A stretch of 64,000 nucleotides of DNA. It comes from Balanoglossus misakiensis. Taxonomy: Eukaryota; Animalia; Hemichordata. The notes under the pieces are model-generated. The model made no database searches, had not been told where the DNA came from, and saw only the letters and a program-made list of their open reading frames with translations. Location: contig CM082597.2 in assembly GCA_040954595.2 (NCBI GenBank), positions 8,461,678 through 8,525,677 on the forward strand. Reading direction: 5' to 3'. Shown here piece after piece: positions 1-13,395 of this stretch (its first letter is position 1; every line of letters begins with the position of its first letter). The position numbers and the translations under genes were made by a program.

Positions 1-1009
1 ATGTTTAAGAAATATTAAGATGACGTGTTCCTTTTATGACTTAATACTTGACTAACGTATTAATAAGGTGTGGTGAAATTTGGGATCACACGTTTATAAC
101 GGGAGATCCGTGATGGGAGTCAACGAGCATGGATCGAGTCGTGTAATTCTTACGTGTGACCAGTAATAAACCAGAACTTTGTGTTACTCGGAAAACTTGT
201 TGCAAGTGGCATAATGTGAGTGTGGCCATACGATGCTTTCGCTATTAATGAACAACTTGTACGTTAACAAATGCCAGTTTTGTTGGCAAAAAGTATGTTT
301 TTGGCTTTTCACAACATTGAACATACATTCATAGTTCAATAACTTGTGAATTGTGGACCTAAACGTTCATACGTTCAATGTTCTGGTGTTTTTTAACGGA
401 GCGATCGGTCACGATGTTACCAACGAGCATGTACAGTCTAAACTAAATCGTCGTTGTGTATGTTTATTTGTTTGTTTTTGTTGTTTTTTACATACAAATA
501 TGAAAAGTTTCATTTCAGTTATTCATTAAAATGCAAACATTTGCCAAAAAAACATGTGAATAGACACCTCACAGGCCATAGTTGTATCATTAGCTTTCAG
601 TTGTCAATTTTAGCATGACATCATGACAAATTAAGCTAATTTTGCATATTTTCCATGCTGCACCTTGTCTGACAAGGTAAATTTGCCATTTTCGACATGA
701 AAACGTGAAAAGAATTTTTGGGAACAGGCAAATTCGAAATCAGCGTATTCGAAATATCCAAAAACAACTTGTTCCCAGCTTGTACCAAAAAATGCCTGAC
801 ATGCTTTTAAAATGCTCATTTTCTGAAATTTCCACCTGACTAATACGGGCATTTCCAATGTGACTCCCTTCCAACGCGGATAAATGTAATTACCATGTGT
901 ATGCATTTGTCGATTTTCCATGTATCATGGCATATTTTGAATGTATACACACCACAGAACTACACAGGTTGTCAACTATGCAGGAAAGGCTGATGTCCCA
1001 ACTACTTAC

Positions 1010-4000
1010 TGTTATCCTCGCAAATAACCCTTTGAAGTTCTCTGCAGTTTTTAGTGTGCCAACTGAATAATCTCTCAGTGTCACATCTGTATAAGAAAGT
1101 ATTTTTAAGACTTGTACAATGATTACTGTACAGAGTCAATAGTGATCTCTATAGAATGCGGGTTGGTCATAATGCCACATTTTGCGTTATTTGAATAAAA
1201 TCATTAACCATGAAGCATACCCTGGCTTAGTTTTCCAAAAATCGTTCAATATAAAAACTCAATCTTGACATGGGCAGGGTTCCGATTACTTTCTTACATC
1301 CACTGTCTTTCATGTTGTAGGGAACATGTTGGAATTGTAATGCAATCAGCGTTAGCTGTAAAGTATCATTCTCAAATTGTGCTTTGCAATTCAGACGACA
1401 TGGCAGATTAAGTTGACAATATACCAGAAATAGTGCAAAATACTGTCATTTTAACAGAGTGCAACCTTTAGGATAAGAAACACGTGTTCTAACAAGCATA
1501 CACACATTTAACTGCCATCATTTCTCCAATGTAATCTCCCAAATTCCCACGCTTATGACAACTAGTCAAAATTATTAAAGAAATGGAAAAACATGAATAC
1601 GGTTCTAGCAACGCGGAAATCAGCGTGAACAAAGAGTGACTCACTCTGCGTAAATGCACAATCCGACTTCAATAGCCTGGTTGGTCGAAAAAGGCGGTTG
1701 TTCCAATAGTAAACCACTGGCTGTCTTGACATTGCCATCCGCTGTGATGATAGCATCAATCCATACCTCCTCCACCAATGGAACGCCGTAACAGTACTGG
1801 CCATAAGCCCATACGGTTGTGTCGGTTAGAAGACGTAATCCATACTTTTCACATACTTGGTATGCATCCATCGCGGTCACCCCGAAACTCGTAGTTACGT
1901 CGAAAGAAGCTGCAACTGAGATTAACGTAATTTATTTCCCTTAAAATCCCCTAGAGCTGCCACTTTTTGCATTATTTTCATGATTTTATTTTCCAACTTA
2001 AATTGATCCATCTAAATAAGCCTACTGATAGGTATACATGAACACCTTATCGATGCCCGATTGTGACTGCATGTTGCAATTTTGAACACGCCATGTATTA
2101 AACAGGTGCCGCACCGATTTAATTAGCCTCCATACAAATAGTACGCAGCTATCCTGGTATGCGTCGCCAAGAGATGACAAAATGATGCAATTGCAGGTAA
2201 TACGGCATAATGGTGAGGATTTTAGAGGATAGGGAATATATTTGAAGTATTTTACTGCGGAAATAATGTGAAATTTGGCAGCTATAGGGGCTTTCAAATA
2301 AATGTCTATAATGATTTGTTGTCTCTCAGTAAGCGTTTATTTGTCGTCTGTATTTAACAAAAACGGCAAAAAACACCGATAAGTATCTACATATATTTCG
2401 TAAATAAACCAAAAACAAGTTGTATTAATTTAAGAAGGTGATTGTTTCATATACATAAAGAGGCAAATGTTATGAAAATACATAAATTAAAAACGTGTCT
2501 TTCCACTTGAACAAACAAAGATAGGTCGATCAGTCATAAGGAAAAGTATGAACTAAGTGTCAAAGAATTAATTGAACTAGAACTTACTCGCATCTTCACA
2601 CAGAGCCACCGTTTGAAGGCCGAAGGTGCCGTTCGTGCCACATCTAATATTTTTCCATGCGCCATTCCTGGGAATTGAAACGTAAAGTAATTATATGTTT
2701 TCTCCACTCATTAACGCCAGTCAACCATCAAACAACAATGGAGAATTCAATCCATGCACATAATCTTAAATTGACAGAAACATGAGATAAATTTGTTAGA
2801 TTGTTGTACCACATTTTGCAGAGCAATCTGGCCATACCTCACAGTGCCGATTGAAATTTTCCATAAAAAGGAGCCATGTGTACTCAATTACAAAAGACAT
2901 GAAATTGTGATCCGAAGATATTGTCCATTGTAACATCTGCATGTCTTTAAATTGTCAATAAACTCTGTCCCGACTGATTTTCCATTCTGAGCTTCTGCGC
3001 ATGATACAGAATGATTGCTTCAAGTTTAGCTGTATTATAATGAGCACAAAAACACACATTTTTTTCATATTATAATATTATAATAGTTTCAAAACGCTCA
3101 ACTCACCACAGTGAGAGACACTCTCCATCATACTCTGGAGAAATTGTATCCCAGTTCTTGTGAGTCAAAATGTCCCCGTTTCTTGTGACTGCGCGTTCGT
3201 TGTCAATCACACGAGCATCTATCCAGTATATAACGGCTGAACTTTGTCGTTCTTCTAAAATGTTTACTATAGCTGCATGTTTTTCTTCGCTGTCATCTTT
3301 AACAAGGCGAAGACCTAATCGCTCACAAAAAATGTAGGCAGAAGAGTGATCCATCGGCCTGAAAACGTGGTAGGTGACGCAACCTGGAAATAAAATCGTT
3401 ATTCTTATGACAGTCAGTTTAAACAATCACAAAATAATAAGATTCATGCGCTCCTGTTTTCAGGCCTAGGTAAGAAATATCAGCAAATCGGCGAATCTAC
3501 ACAGTCCAGATGGAAAGAAAGGCTGTCAAGCAGCGAAATCGAGATAATTTAGCTGCGCAAGGGGTTTGTCAAGCAGCAACACCTAGATAGTCTAGCCGCA
3601 ATTGCCGGTTTTTTCCCGAAATTCCGTGGGATTTCAAAATGGCGATCAGGAGTACAAACACTCGCTAACTGTCAGTTTTTCCTGATATTATGTGTTTAAA
3701 AGCAAAATTTCGGAATAAACAGTAGCGCGTTCTGGGACTAGTGCATTTAAAAATAGTTGTGCCAAACGATTTTGTTAAACTCTCAATACTTTTGAAAAAG
3801 ATAGAAAAAAAAAAACCTCGGAGCACGGACACGTCTCTAGCTGATATTTCTTACCTAGGCCTGGTTTTGAGGAATTAAAATGTCTTACCTGCTTGCTGCA
3901 GTAATGTCACCGACAGAATGACGAATGTAGCGATGAGCGTTAACTTTAAGGGTATTTCACGACAATCTCGCATCATTTTACAGCTTCTCAGGCAAGTCAT
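1010..4000 (-). CDS. Copy A of the CTLD-GAIN family: leader exon plus two C-type lectin-like domains (exons 3889-4000, 3107-3383, 2588-2667, 1645-1909, 1010-1086); may continue left of the window or end at TAG 1002-1004
   Basis: Five GT/AG exons in compatible phases (1,2,1,2,1). Translation: MTCLRSCKMMRDCREIPLKLTLIATFVILSVTLLQQAG-CVTY..AYIFCERLGLRLV..YWID..ECLSLW-NGAWKNIRC..LCED, then AYQVCEKYGLRLL..VWID..LCIYAE-C..W..NC..VICED. This gives the CTLD pattern (A..C...G..L / WIG-like / C..W...C..C) twice. Confidence 0.8.
3461..3863. mobile_element. Non-autonomous TIR element in intron 1 of copy A, 5-bp TSD GTTTT
   Basis: Ends caggcctaggtaagaaatatcagc / gctgatatttcttacctaggcctg, flanked by gtttt on both sides. 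Copy C has the empty site (cttct-gtttt-gagg, about 30961-30974). Confidence 0.85.
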
Positions 4001-4649
4001 GGTTGCGAGTTGTGCGGCTAATCTGCGATCAACCTGTATATTAAAAGCTTGATAAGTTATGCGTGTTTTGCAAAGAATTGTAACTACTGGTTGTGTGAGC
4101 CAAGCACCATGGAGACGCTATGCCTTTGGGTTGTTTGGAACTGGAACGTTGCTGCGTCAATTGCCCCGCCCCTACACCTTTCTCAAGATAACAAGGAGAG
4201 AGTCTTTGAGCATGTACACACACCAACTGCTGAAGGACATTAAAAGTGTACAGGGGACTTGAGAAATTATTATGTTTTGTAAAGAATTGCAACCACCGCA
4301 GAGAGCATGGGATAAATGGAGACGCTATGTCGTGTTCTTTCATCTTTTTGTTAGCAGATACATCCTAGGGGTTGTTAGGGCCAACCAACTGGAACGTTAC
4401 TGCGTCAATTGTCCCTACCGTCGAGATAACAAGAAGATAGTTAGTGTGCATGTGCACACGTTACCTGCTGAAGGGCACAATGAAAAATGTAAAGGGATGC
4501 ATGTTTGAACAATTAAATTCGTTGGAAATTAAATTTGAAAACAGTATTGCAAATATCTAATGACAAGTTTCACTGGTCTATTGTTTAAATCAAGGAAATA
4601 CGTACGTGTAAATATCAACTTTAATTCCTCAACTGTTTCACCCAACTAA

Positions 4650-5560
4650 TGGAATTTCGGCTTATTGTCCTGCAAATATACATTTATCTTGAGTGTACAT
4701 GTGATATATATTTAATGTCTTGCCTTTCATGCATTGAGCACACCAATGATAATGCTACAATGCGGTTTCCCAAGGGTTAATCCTCCGGTTAGGGTCCCTG
4801 GAGTAGATCTTAAGAGAGTGGCTTTAATTTATTTATGGTCACATTTTTATTTTCAAATTCTGCAGTTCTAAAAATACAATTTGTAATATTCTACCGCCTC
4901 TCATGTCATCTGCATTTAACATTTACATTATTCAGATATTGAATGACTTCTGCTGCTGCGGGATATGTTGCTGAAGACATATGCGAGTATGAATTCAGCA
5001 CATCTGGTATACAAAAGTATCTGCAAAATCTACCCAAATACGACATACACCCCTCCTCAATATCGACATTCCCAAAATCGATCGTCTCCCACTACGTGAG
5101 GAATGCAACATTTTTAAATGCTTTCGACGAATGTGGCGATGATCGTTAACGTCAAAGGGATTTCACGACAACATTGTAACAATTTACGTCTCCTCAGGCA
5201 ATCCACGATTGACAAATTTTGCATCTGACCCCAATCAATGACAATTCGGCAAATTGTCCCGCACTTATACATTTCCTTTGAGTGTACATGTGATATATAT
5301 CCAATAACTTGTCTTTAGTGCATTGTCCACGTCAAAAATAATGCTACAATACGGATTCCCAGAGGTTAACCCATCGGTTAGGTTTCTGAGGTAGAATCTG
5401 AAAGAGTGGCTTTAATTTATTTATGCCGACATTTCTTATTCAAAATTCGCAATTCTAGAAATCCAATTGTAAGATTTTATCGCCTCTCATGTCATCTACA
5501 TTTCACATTTGCATTATTCAGATAATGAGTCACCAACAAACTTCCGCTGCGGAGAATTTT
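4650..5560. pseudogene. Scrambled paralog fragments: plus-strand exon-6-like pieces (about 4930-5010 and 5515-5555) and a minus-strand exon-1-like piece (about 5130-5210)
   Basis: cattattcagat..gacttctgctgctgcggga resembles the reverse complement of copy C exon 27403-27473. gatcgttaacgtcaaagggatttcacgaca resembles exon 1. The same block recurs at about 19195-19720. Confidence 0.6.
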
Positions 5561-5625
5561 CTGGAGATATTTGAGAATTTTCTGGAGATATTTGAGAATT
5601 TTCTAGAGATTTTGAGAATTTTGTA
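5552..5625 (+). repeat. 21-bp minisatellite (gagaattttctggagatattt), about 3.5 copies
   Basis: Direct tandem copies visible in the sequence. Confidence 0.85.
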
Positions 5626-6639
5626 GTGATAATTCAGAGTTTTTTCTTAGTAATTTAAAATACTGATAATAGTAGTGTAAGTTGTGATGTAAACCACCAA
5701 CATATGGGTTTTCATCTGGGTTGGGAGGTTTGTCACACTATCTTTTGTTATTTTAAATTATTTATATGATGGCATTAGATAGGTTTATTAAGATGGCATA
5801 GTTTAGAAAGTTTATTTTTACACACATACATACACGCAAATTCGTCTGCATATGGTTCAACGTTGATTACGGACTGTCATTACGATCAACGATTTCAAGA
5901 CTCGTTGTAAACAACTGTGTAACATTATGATTGCAATTAACCTATGTACGGCTTATTAAGAAAAACAAAAGAAGCTATCTAGAGGGCAGAACTTCAACTT
6001 GTCAATAATCATCCCATATTAGCTCCATTGAGATGCTAATGATGAGTATAAAAGGGACACCCAGCTTGAAATACGGGCAGTACAAATCAAGATCTGAGGT
6101 ACTCACAACATCTGGCTATAGTGCAACAATGAAGTGATGATGTGGCAGACTACCATGTGCTGTTGAAATTGGTTCAATATACAAGGACATGCTCTACTTC
6201 AAGCGAACAGTGCTGGACTAACAGAAATTGCTGGACATCGCCGTGCCTTCGTGTTATGTCGCCTGAAGTTCTGTGAAAGCAACGTTGTGTCTACATCTCT
6301 ACCAGAACTGACTTTCTACGACGGAGAAGACGCGCGCGAGCCATTGCAGTTTACCGGTAACGTTCGTACACACACACCTTAGAATAGGACTTAGCTAAAT
6401 GCCATCACAGTTTATTTAATCTTTTATTGTTAATATTATAAGCTTCACTGCAGTTATTGAATTATTTTCCTGTGACTAGCGCCAGTTAAATTTGTGCTTG
6501 GTGACTAGCTCGTGTAGAGTATATTTCATCATTGTCAAGTTTGCATTGCAAAGGTTATTGCATTTATTACTCTTGTTTTCCCAAATTCACACAACCAGCA
6601 CTAGGCTATACCAGATGCTCTGTGTGTTTTACCAATTAT

Positions 6640-7235
6640 ATGATTGATAGGCTGCACAGTGGCAGGAATTGTGGTCGGATGTAAGTACAAATGAGAAAAC
6701 AAACTATTACAGGAATTTCAAAACCGATTTAACACTCGAACTGTATATTTCATGTATTGATTTTTTCAAGTATCGCCGAGCCTTGGCAATATTTAGATGT
6801 GGAAGTCATCGACTAGAAATTGAAACTGGGCGTCAGAGACAAATAGACAAAATGTTGAGGATCTGTAAATTTTGCCAGAAGGATATAAAAGATGAATATC
6901 ATTTTTTATTAGTATGCCCTTTCTGGGATTTTTTGAGGAAAAAGTACCTGCCATATGAATTTTACAGGTCACCTTTCCTATACTCTTTAAAAACTTAAAT
7001 GGAGACAAAAGATGTAAATCAAATCAAGAATTTAGCTTTACTTATCTTTCATGCGTTCAGAGTTAAAGAAGCAGAGTGAGCGTTAGAATTGGTTGTTTGT
7101 TTGTTTGTTTTTCTTTCCTCATGACATGTTATTATAATTCAGTCTTAGGACGGTGTCACTTGAGAGACTTCAATATTCTGTATTCATATAAGGGGCCGGA
7201 GGCCTACATTATGCAGAAATAAATTATATATTATA
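6640..7235 (+). mobile_element. 3' fragment of a non-LTR retrotransposon (C-terminal CCHC zinc-knuckle region)
   Basis: ORF 6669-6998 contains FRCGSHRLEIETGR..RICKFC...DEYHFLLVCP. It is followed by a 3' UTR with aataaa (about 7218) and a short AT-rich tail. Confidence 0.8.
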
Positions 7236-7297
7236 AGTAGATTATTATCTAGAGTTTCACCCTATAGAACCCAACAGAATGTTTATGTCAACATTAA

Positions 7298-7792
7298 AGG
7301 TACATGAGCTCCATTAAAGTTTTAAATAATCTCATATACTTTTAATTATGTCTAATAAATTATATTTCATGATAATATATCAAGCTCAACACTTATTTAT
7401 GACAAAATGACCAAATATTAAAGAAAAACGAAAATTCCTGCAATTTTTAAAAAAGTGCAATATTACAATGAACAAGGAAAATATAATGTCTCAGCGGTGT
7501 ACATATACTTCCATGAGCTCAAGTGGATGTGATCATGTGTTGCTTATGAAGTTTCATAACTGGAATTGCAACATTTTCATTGTTTCTTGTATTTTCCGAA
7601 GGTGGCGGCCCTTTTCGCTTGCGGCAAAGCTTTATTATTTATCTGGTTAAAACTTGCCTATACACTCATATTTAGGGTTTATAATGCTTGTGTATAGTTC
7701 ACTGCCTTCATCTGCATGGACTAATAGTAGTACAGTTTGAAACAAAAATTATGATAATTATCCCAAAAGTTGGAGCTTACATGTATGTGCCT
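7298..7792. mobile_element. Kolobok-like MITE (TTAA TSD, AGG..CCT termini)
   Basis: ttaa-aggtacatgagctcca ... tggagcttacatgtatgtgcct-ttaa. It is absent from the homologous intron of copy C (about 27925-27945). Confidence 0.7.
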
Positions 7793-9292
7793 TTAAAGTT
7801 TAGGCGCTGCAACAGTTTAAGGGATTGTTACTTCTGTTCCTACATACTGCAGGACCACCTTCTGCTATCTCGTGGCGGAACAGTACAACTTTTGTTTCAA
7901 TTATCCATTTACCGAAAGCAGCAAGTAATGGTCCATTATACATTTTGCTATTCTTAATGCGACTCTCTTACACGCGGATAAATGTATTTATACCATGCGT
8001 AACTATGCATGTGTCGACTTTCCATGTATCATGGCATATGTTGAATGTATACATTCCACAAAACTATACACAGGTGGACAACTATGCAGGAAAGGCTGAT
8101 GTCACAACTACTTACTTTTATCCTCGGAAATAACCCTTTGAACTTCACTGCAGTCTACATTGAACCAACCAACATAACCAATTGTGCCACATCTGTATAA
8201 CAAAGTATTGTTTAAGACTTGTACAATGATTACTGTACAGTGTCAATAGTGATCTCTACAGAATGCGGGTTGGTAATCCTGGCTTAGTTTTCCAAAATCA
8301 TTCAATATAAAAACTCAAACTTGACATAGACAGTGTTCCAATTACTTTCTTACATCCACTTTCTTTCATGTTGTAAGGCACATGTTGGAATTGTAATGCA
8401 ATCAGCGTTAGCTGTAAAGTATCATTCTCAGATTTTGCTTTGCAATATGCCAGATTAAGTTGATAAAATACCAGAAATAGTGCAAAAATACTGATTATTG
8501 TAACCTTTAAGATAAGAAACACGTGTTGCAACAAGCATACAAACATTTAACTGCTATCGTTTCTCCAATGTAATCTCGCAAGTTCTAACGCCTATGACAT
8601 CTAGTTAAAGACATGAAAGAAATGGAAAAACATATACTGTTCTAGCAACGCGCAAAATAGCGTGAACTAAGAGCGACTCACATTACATAAATACATGATC
8701 CGACTTCAAAAGTCCGGTTGGGCGCAAAACGCGTGTGTTCCAATATTAAACCGCCGGCTGTCTTGACATTGCCATCTGCTGTGATGATAGCATCAATCCA
8801 GAAGAATGGCCACCGTGAAAGGAATTCACAGTAATGCTCAAATTTCCATTCAGTTGTGTCGGCTAGAAGACGTAATCCAAACTTTTCACATAGCTGGTAT
8901 GCATCCACCATGCTTTTCTTGAGTGTGTTAGTTAAGTCGAAAGAAGCTGCAAATGAGATAAACGTAATTTATTTCCCTTAAAATCCTCTAAAGCTGCCAT
9001 TTTTTTGCATTATTTTCATGATTTTATTTTCCAACTTAAATTGGTCCATCTAAATTAGCCTACTGATAGGTATACATAAACACCTTATCGATGCCCGATT
9101 GTGACTGCATATTGCAATTTTGAACACGCCATGTATTAAACAGCTGCCGCACGGATTTAATCAGCCTCCATACAAACAGTACGCAGCTATCGTGGAATGC
9201 GTCGCCAAGAGATGACAAACTGATGCAATTGCAGGTAATACGGGATAATGGTGAAGATTTTACAGGATAGGGAATATATTTGAAGTGTTTTA

Positions 9293-10461
9293 GGGACCGT
9301 TCAGTTTTTACGGGCGGGGGGGGGGGGGGTGGCAAAATCCAGAGTGGGGGGGTCACTTAAATTTTTAAGTCCAAAAGGGGGGGGGGGTCATCTGTGTTTT
9401 TTAAAGGTTTAGGGGGGGGGGGTCACATACTATTGCCACCGAACTTTTACTTTTGAGTCCACAAAATTGCAGTTTTGCGCCCTTTATTTTACACAATTTT
9501 CTCATGTGGGAGAGGGAAACCCCCTCCCACGCCCACCCCCTTCATTCTTCGCCACATTTCGTTTTTTGCTGGTTTTTCTAGTGTACCACGGCAGAGTGCC
9601 TGCCACCCCAAACCCACTGATGATAATATTTAACAAAATAAATACACAAAGGAGAATAATTGTTTAAACCATTTCGCAAAACTGATACTTTCGCGCTGCA
9701 TCTTCTATATACTAGAAGTTTTATAAATGATGTCATGACGAAGATAACGCCAAATCTTCTAACTTTGAGTGGAGTGGCAAAAAGTAAAATTGGTCCTCCC
9801 AAACATTGAGATTATTTGCTTTTGAGTTCATAAAAATGCAACTTTGAGCTACATATTTTACAAAATTTTCTTATGTGGGAGGGGGACACCCACCCCTCCA
9901 TTCTTCGCCACATTTAATTTATTCGCTGGTTTGTCTAGTGTACCAGGGAAGACTTCTTGCCACCCCATCCCGATGCTTACTTTGAGTGGAGTGGCAAAAT
10001 TTAAATTTGTCCTGCCCAACATTGAGTTAAATTGCTTTTGAGTTCATTAAAATGTACGTTTGAGAACAGTATTGTACAACATTTACCCCCTCCCACGCCC
10101 ACCCCCGCCACTTTTCTTGTTTTACCGATTCTAGCAACTATTGCATTGACTTGTCATTTTATTTTATTCATATATTTCTTTATTGCAACGATATACTATT
10201 ATATACTTCAATTACTTTTAAGAAATTTATAATTGAGGTGTGAGGAGCCTCATTCTCTTTATTGGATACAGTGTACATAGGATCAGGACGGCGAATGTTT
10301 TCGGCGTGGGAGGGTGGGGGGTCATCATATTTTTGGGTCTGTCAAAGGGGGGGTCATCATTTTTTGGTGCTGGGTGAAGGGGGGGTCGGCCTGATTTTGA
10401 AAACCGATGACACAAACTTGCCGCCCCCCCCCCCCCCTGGCCGTAAAAACTTAACGGTCCC
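9293..10461. mobile_element. PIF/Harbinger-type MITE, copy 1 (TSD TTA)
   Basis: TIR gggaccgttcagtttttacgg / ccgtaaaaacttaacggtccc with a 3-bp TTA duplication. Copy A has the empty site (gaagtattttactgcgg, about 2244-2260). Confidence 0.9.
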
Positions 10462-10761
10462 TTACTGCGGAAATAATGTGAAATTTGGCAGCTATAGAGG
10501 CTTTAAAATAAATGTCTATAATGATTTAGTGTCTCTAATTAAGTGATTATTTGTCGTCTGTATTTCAGAAAATGGCAAAATACACCGATAAGTATCTACA
10601 TATATTTCATAAATAAACCAAATACATGTTGTATCAATTTAAGAAGGTGATTGTTTCATATACATAAAGAGGCAAATGTTATAACAATACATAAATTACA
10701 AACGTGTCTTTCTACTTGAACAAACAAGGATAGGTCGATCATAAGGAAAAATATGAACTAA

Positions 10762-12178
10762 GGGACCGTTCAGTTTTTACGGTCGGGGAGGGGGGCGGCA
10801 AAATCCAGGGGGGGGGTCACTTAAATTTTGAAGTCCTAAAATGGGGTGGGCATCTGTTTTTTTAACGTTTAGGAGGGGTCACATACTTTTGCCACCGAAC
10901 TTTTACTTTTGAGTCCACAAAATTGCAGTTTCGCGCCCTTTATTTTACAAAATTGTCTCATGTGGGAGGGGGACACCCCTTCCCACACCCATCCCCTTCA
11001 TTCTCCGCCACATTTCGTTTTTTGATGGTTTGTCTAGTGTACCAGGGCAAGGTGCTTGCCACCCCAACCGCACTTATGATAATATTTAACAAAGTAAATA
11101 CATAAAGGAGAATAATCGTTTAAACTATTTCGCATAACTGATACTTTCGCGCTGCATCTTCTATACACTAGAAGTTTTATAAATGATGTCATGACGAAGA
11201 TGACGTCAAATCTTCTAACTTTGAGTGGAGTGGCAAAAAGTAAAATTGGTCCTCCCAAACATTGAGATAATTTGCTTTTGAGTTCATAAAAATGCAACTT
11301 TGAGCTACATATTATACAAAATTTTCTTATGTGGGAGGGCGACACCCCCTCCCACACCCACCCCTCCAATCTTCGCCACATATCATTTAGTCGCTGGTTT
11401 GTCTAGTGTACCAGGGCAAACTACTTGCCACCCGATGCGTACTTTGAGTGGAGTGGCAAAAGTAAAATTGGTCCTCCCAAACATTGAGATAATTTGCTTT
11501 TGAGTTCATAAAAACGCAACTTTGAGCTACATATTTTACATATAAATTTTCTAATGTGGGAAGGGGACACCCCCTCCCACACCCACCCCCTCCATTCTTC
11601 GCCACATATCATTTATTCGCTGAATTGTCTAGTGTACCAGGGCAGACTTCTTGCTACCCCACCCCGATGCTTACTTTTAGTTGAGTGCCAAGATTTAAAT
11701 TTGTCCTGCCTAACATTGAGTTAATTTGCTTTTGAGTTCATTAAAATGCAACTTTGAGCACCGTATTTTACAAAATTTTCTTATGTGGGAGGGGGACACC
11801 CCCTCTTGCTTTCTCACGCCCATCCCCGCCACTTTTCTTGTTTTACCAATTCTAGCAACTATATTGTATTGTCTTATCATTTTAATTTGTCCATAGATTT
11901 ATTTATTGCAACGATATACAATTATATATTTCAATTACTTTTAAGAAATTTATAATTGAGGTGTGAGGAGCCTCATTCCCTTTATTGCATACAGTGTACA
12001 TAGGATCAGGACGGCGAATGTTTTCGGCGTGGTGGGGGGGGGTCATCATATTTTTGGGTCTGTCAAAAAGGGGGGGGGGGGTCATCATTTTTTGGTCCTG
12101 GGTGAAGCGGGGTCGGCCTGATTTTGAAAACCGATGACACAAACTTGCCGCCCCCAGCCGTAAAAACAGAACGGTCCC
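10762..12178. mobile_element. PIF/Harbinger-type MITE, copy 2 (TSD TAA), with an extra internal repeat of about 240 bp
   Basis: Same TIRs, with a TAA duplication. Copy A has the empty site gaactaagtgt at about 2550. Confidence 0.9.
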
Positions 12179-13395
12179 TAAGTGTCAAAGAATTAATTGA
12201 ACTAGAACTTACTCGCATTTTCACACAGAGCTTCCACTTGAGGGCCGCAGGTGCCGTTCATGCTACATCTAATATTTATCCATGCGCCATTCCTGGGAAT
12301 TGAAACGTCAAGTAATTATATTTTATCTGCACTCATTAACGCCGATCAACCAGCAAACAACAATGGAGAATTCAATGATCTTAAATTGACAGACAAACGA
12401 GATAAATTTGTGAGATTGTTGTACCACATTTTGCAGAGACAGGTTTTTGTTCAACGGTAAAATGGACATATCTCACAGTTATCGATTGAATTTTTCCCTA
12501 AGGATTTATAGTCGATTCTATTTTCCTATCACATGACGGATTCTGGCGAATCACAACACAGTATTAGCATGAGGTATATTATAATGTATACAAAAGTTTT
12601 CTGCAATTTGTCCTTAACGGTTGACTAAGATCATGGAGAATAAAGTCTGCATGATCTAAAATTGGCAGAAACTTAAATAAATCAGGGTTAGATTGGTGTA
12701 ACACATTTTGTAGTGAAAGTTTGGTGTTCAACTGTACGGTAAACGATGAGATAAATCTGGACATATCTCACAGTTACCGAATTGAATTTTTCCACAAAAG
12801 GAGACATGTGTACGCAATTACAAAAGACATCAAATTGTGATCCGAAGATATTGTCCATTGTAACATCTGCATGTCTTTAAATTGTCAATAAACTCTGTCC
12901 CTACTAGATTTCCATTCTGAGATCGCGGGCTTCTGCGCATGACGCATGATGAATGCTTCAAGTTTAGCTATATTATAATGAGCACAAAAAACACACACTT
13001 TTTCAAATTTCAATATAGTTTCAAAACGCTCAACTCACTCCAGTGCGAGACACTCTCCATCATACTCTGGCGAAAGTGTACCCCAGTTCTTGTGAGTCAA
13101 AATGTCCCCGTCTCTTGTGACTGCGCGTTCGTTGTCAATCAGACGAGCATCTATCCAGTATTTAGTGTATAGAAGAAAGACTCGTTCTTTTAAACTGTTT
13201 ACTATAGCTGCGTGTTTTTCTTCGCTGTCATCTTTAACAAGGTGAAGACCTAATCGCTCACAAAAAATGTAGGCAGAAGGGTGATCCATCGGCCCGAAAA
13301 CGAGGTAGTTGACGCAACCTGGAAATAAAATCGTTATTCTTATGACAGTCAGTTTAAAAAATCACAAAATAATAAGATTCATGTGCTCCTGTTTT

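Noticed and set aside
5915-6640. Possible solo LTR (TG start, TATA-like tataaaa)
   Set aside because: No confident CA end or TSD was found, and there is no second copy in the window.
9060-12142. Many 60-115 aa ORFs
   Set aside because: They lie in MITE copies or introns, are not kept in frame between copies, and show no protein motifs.
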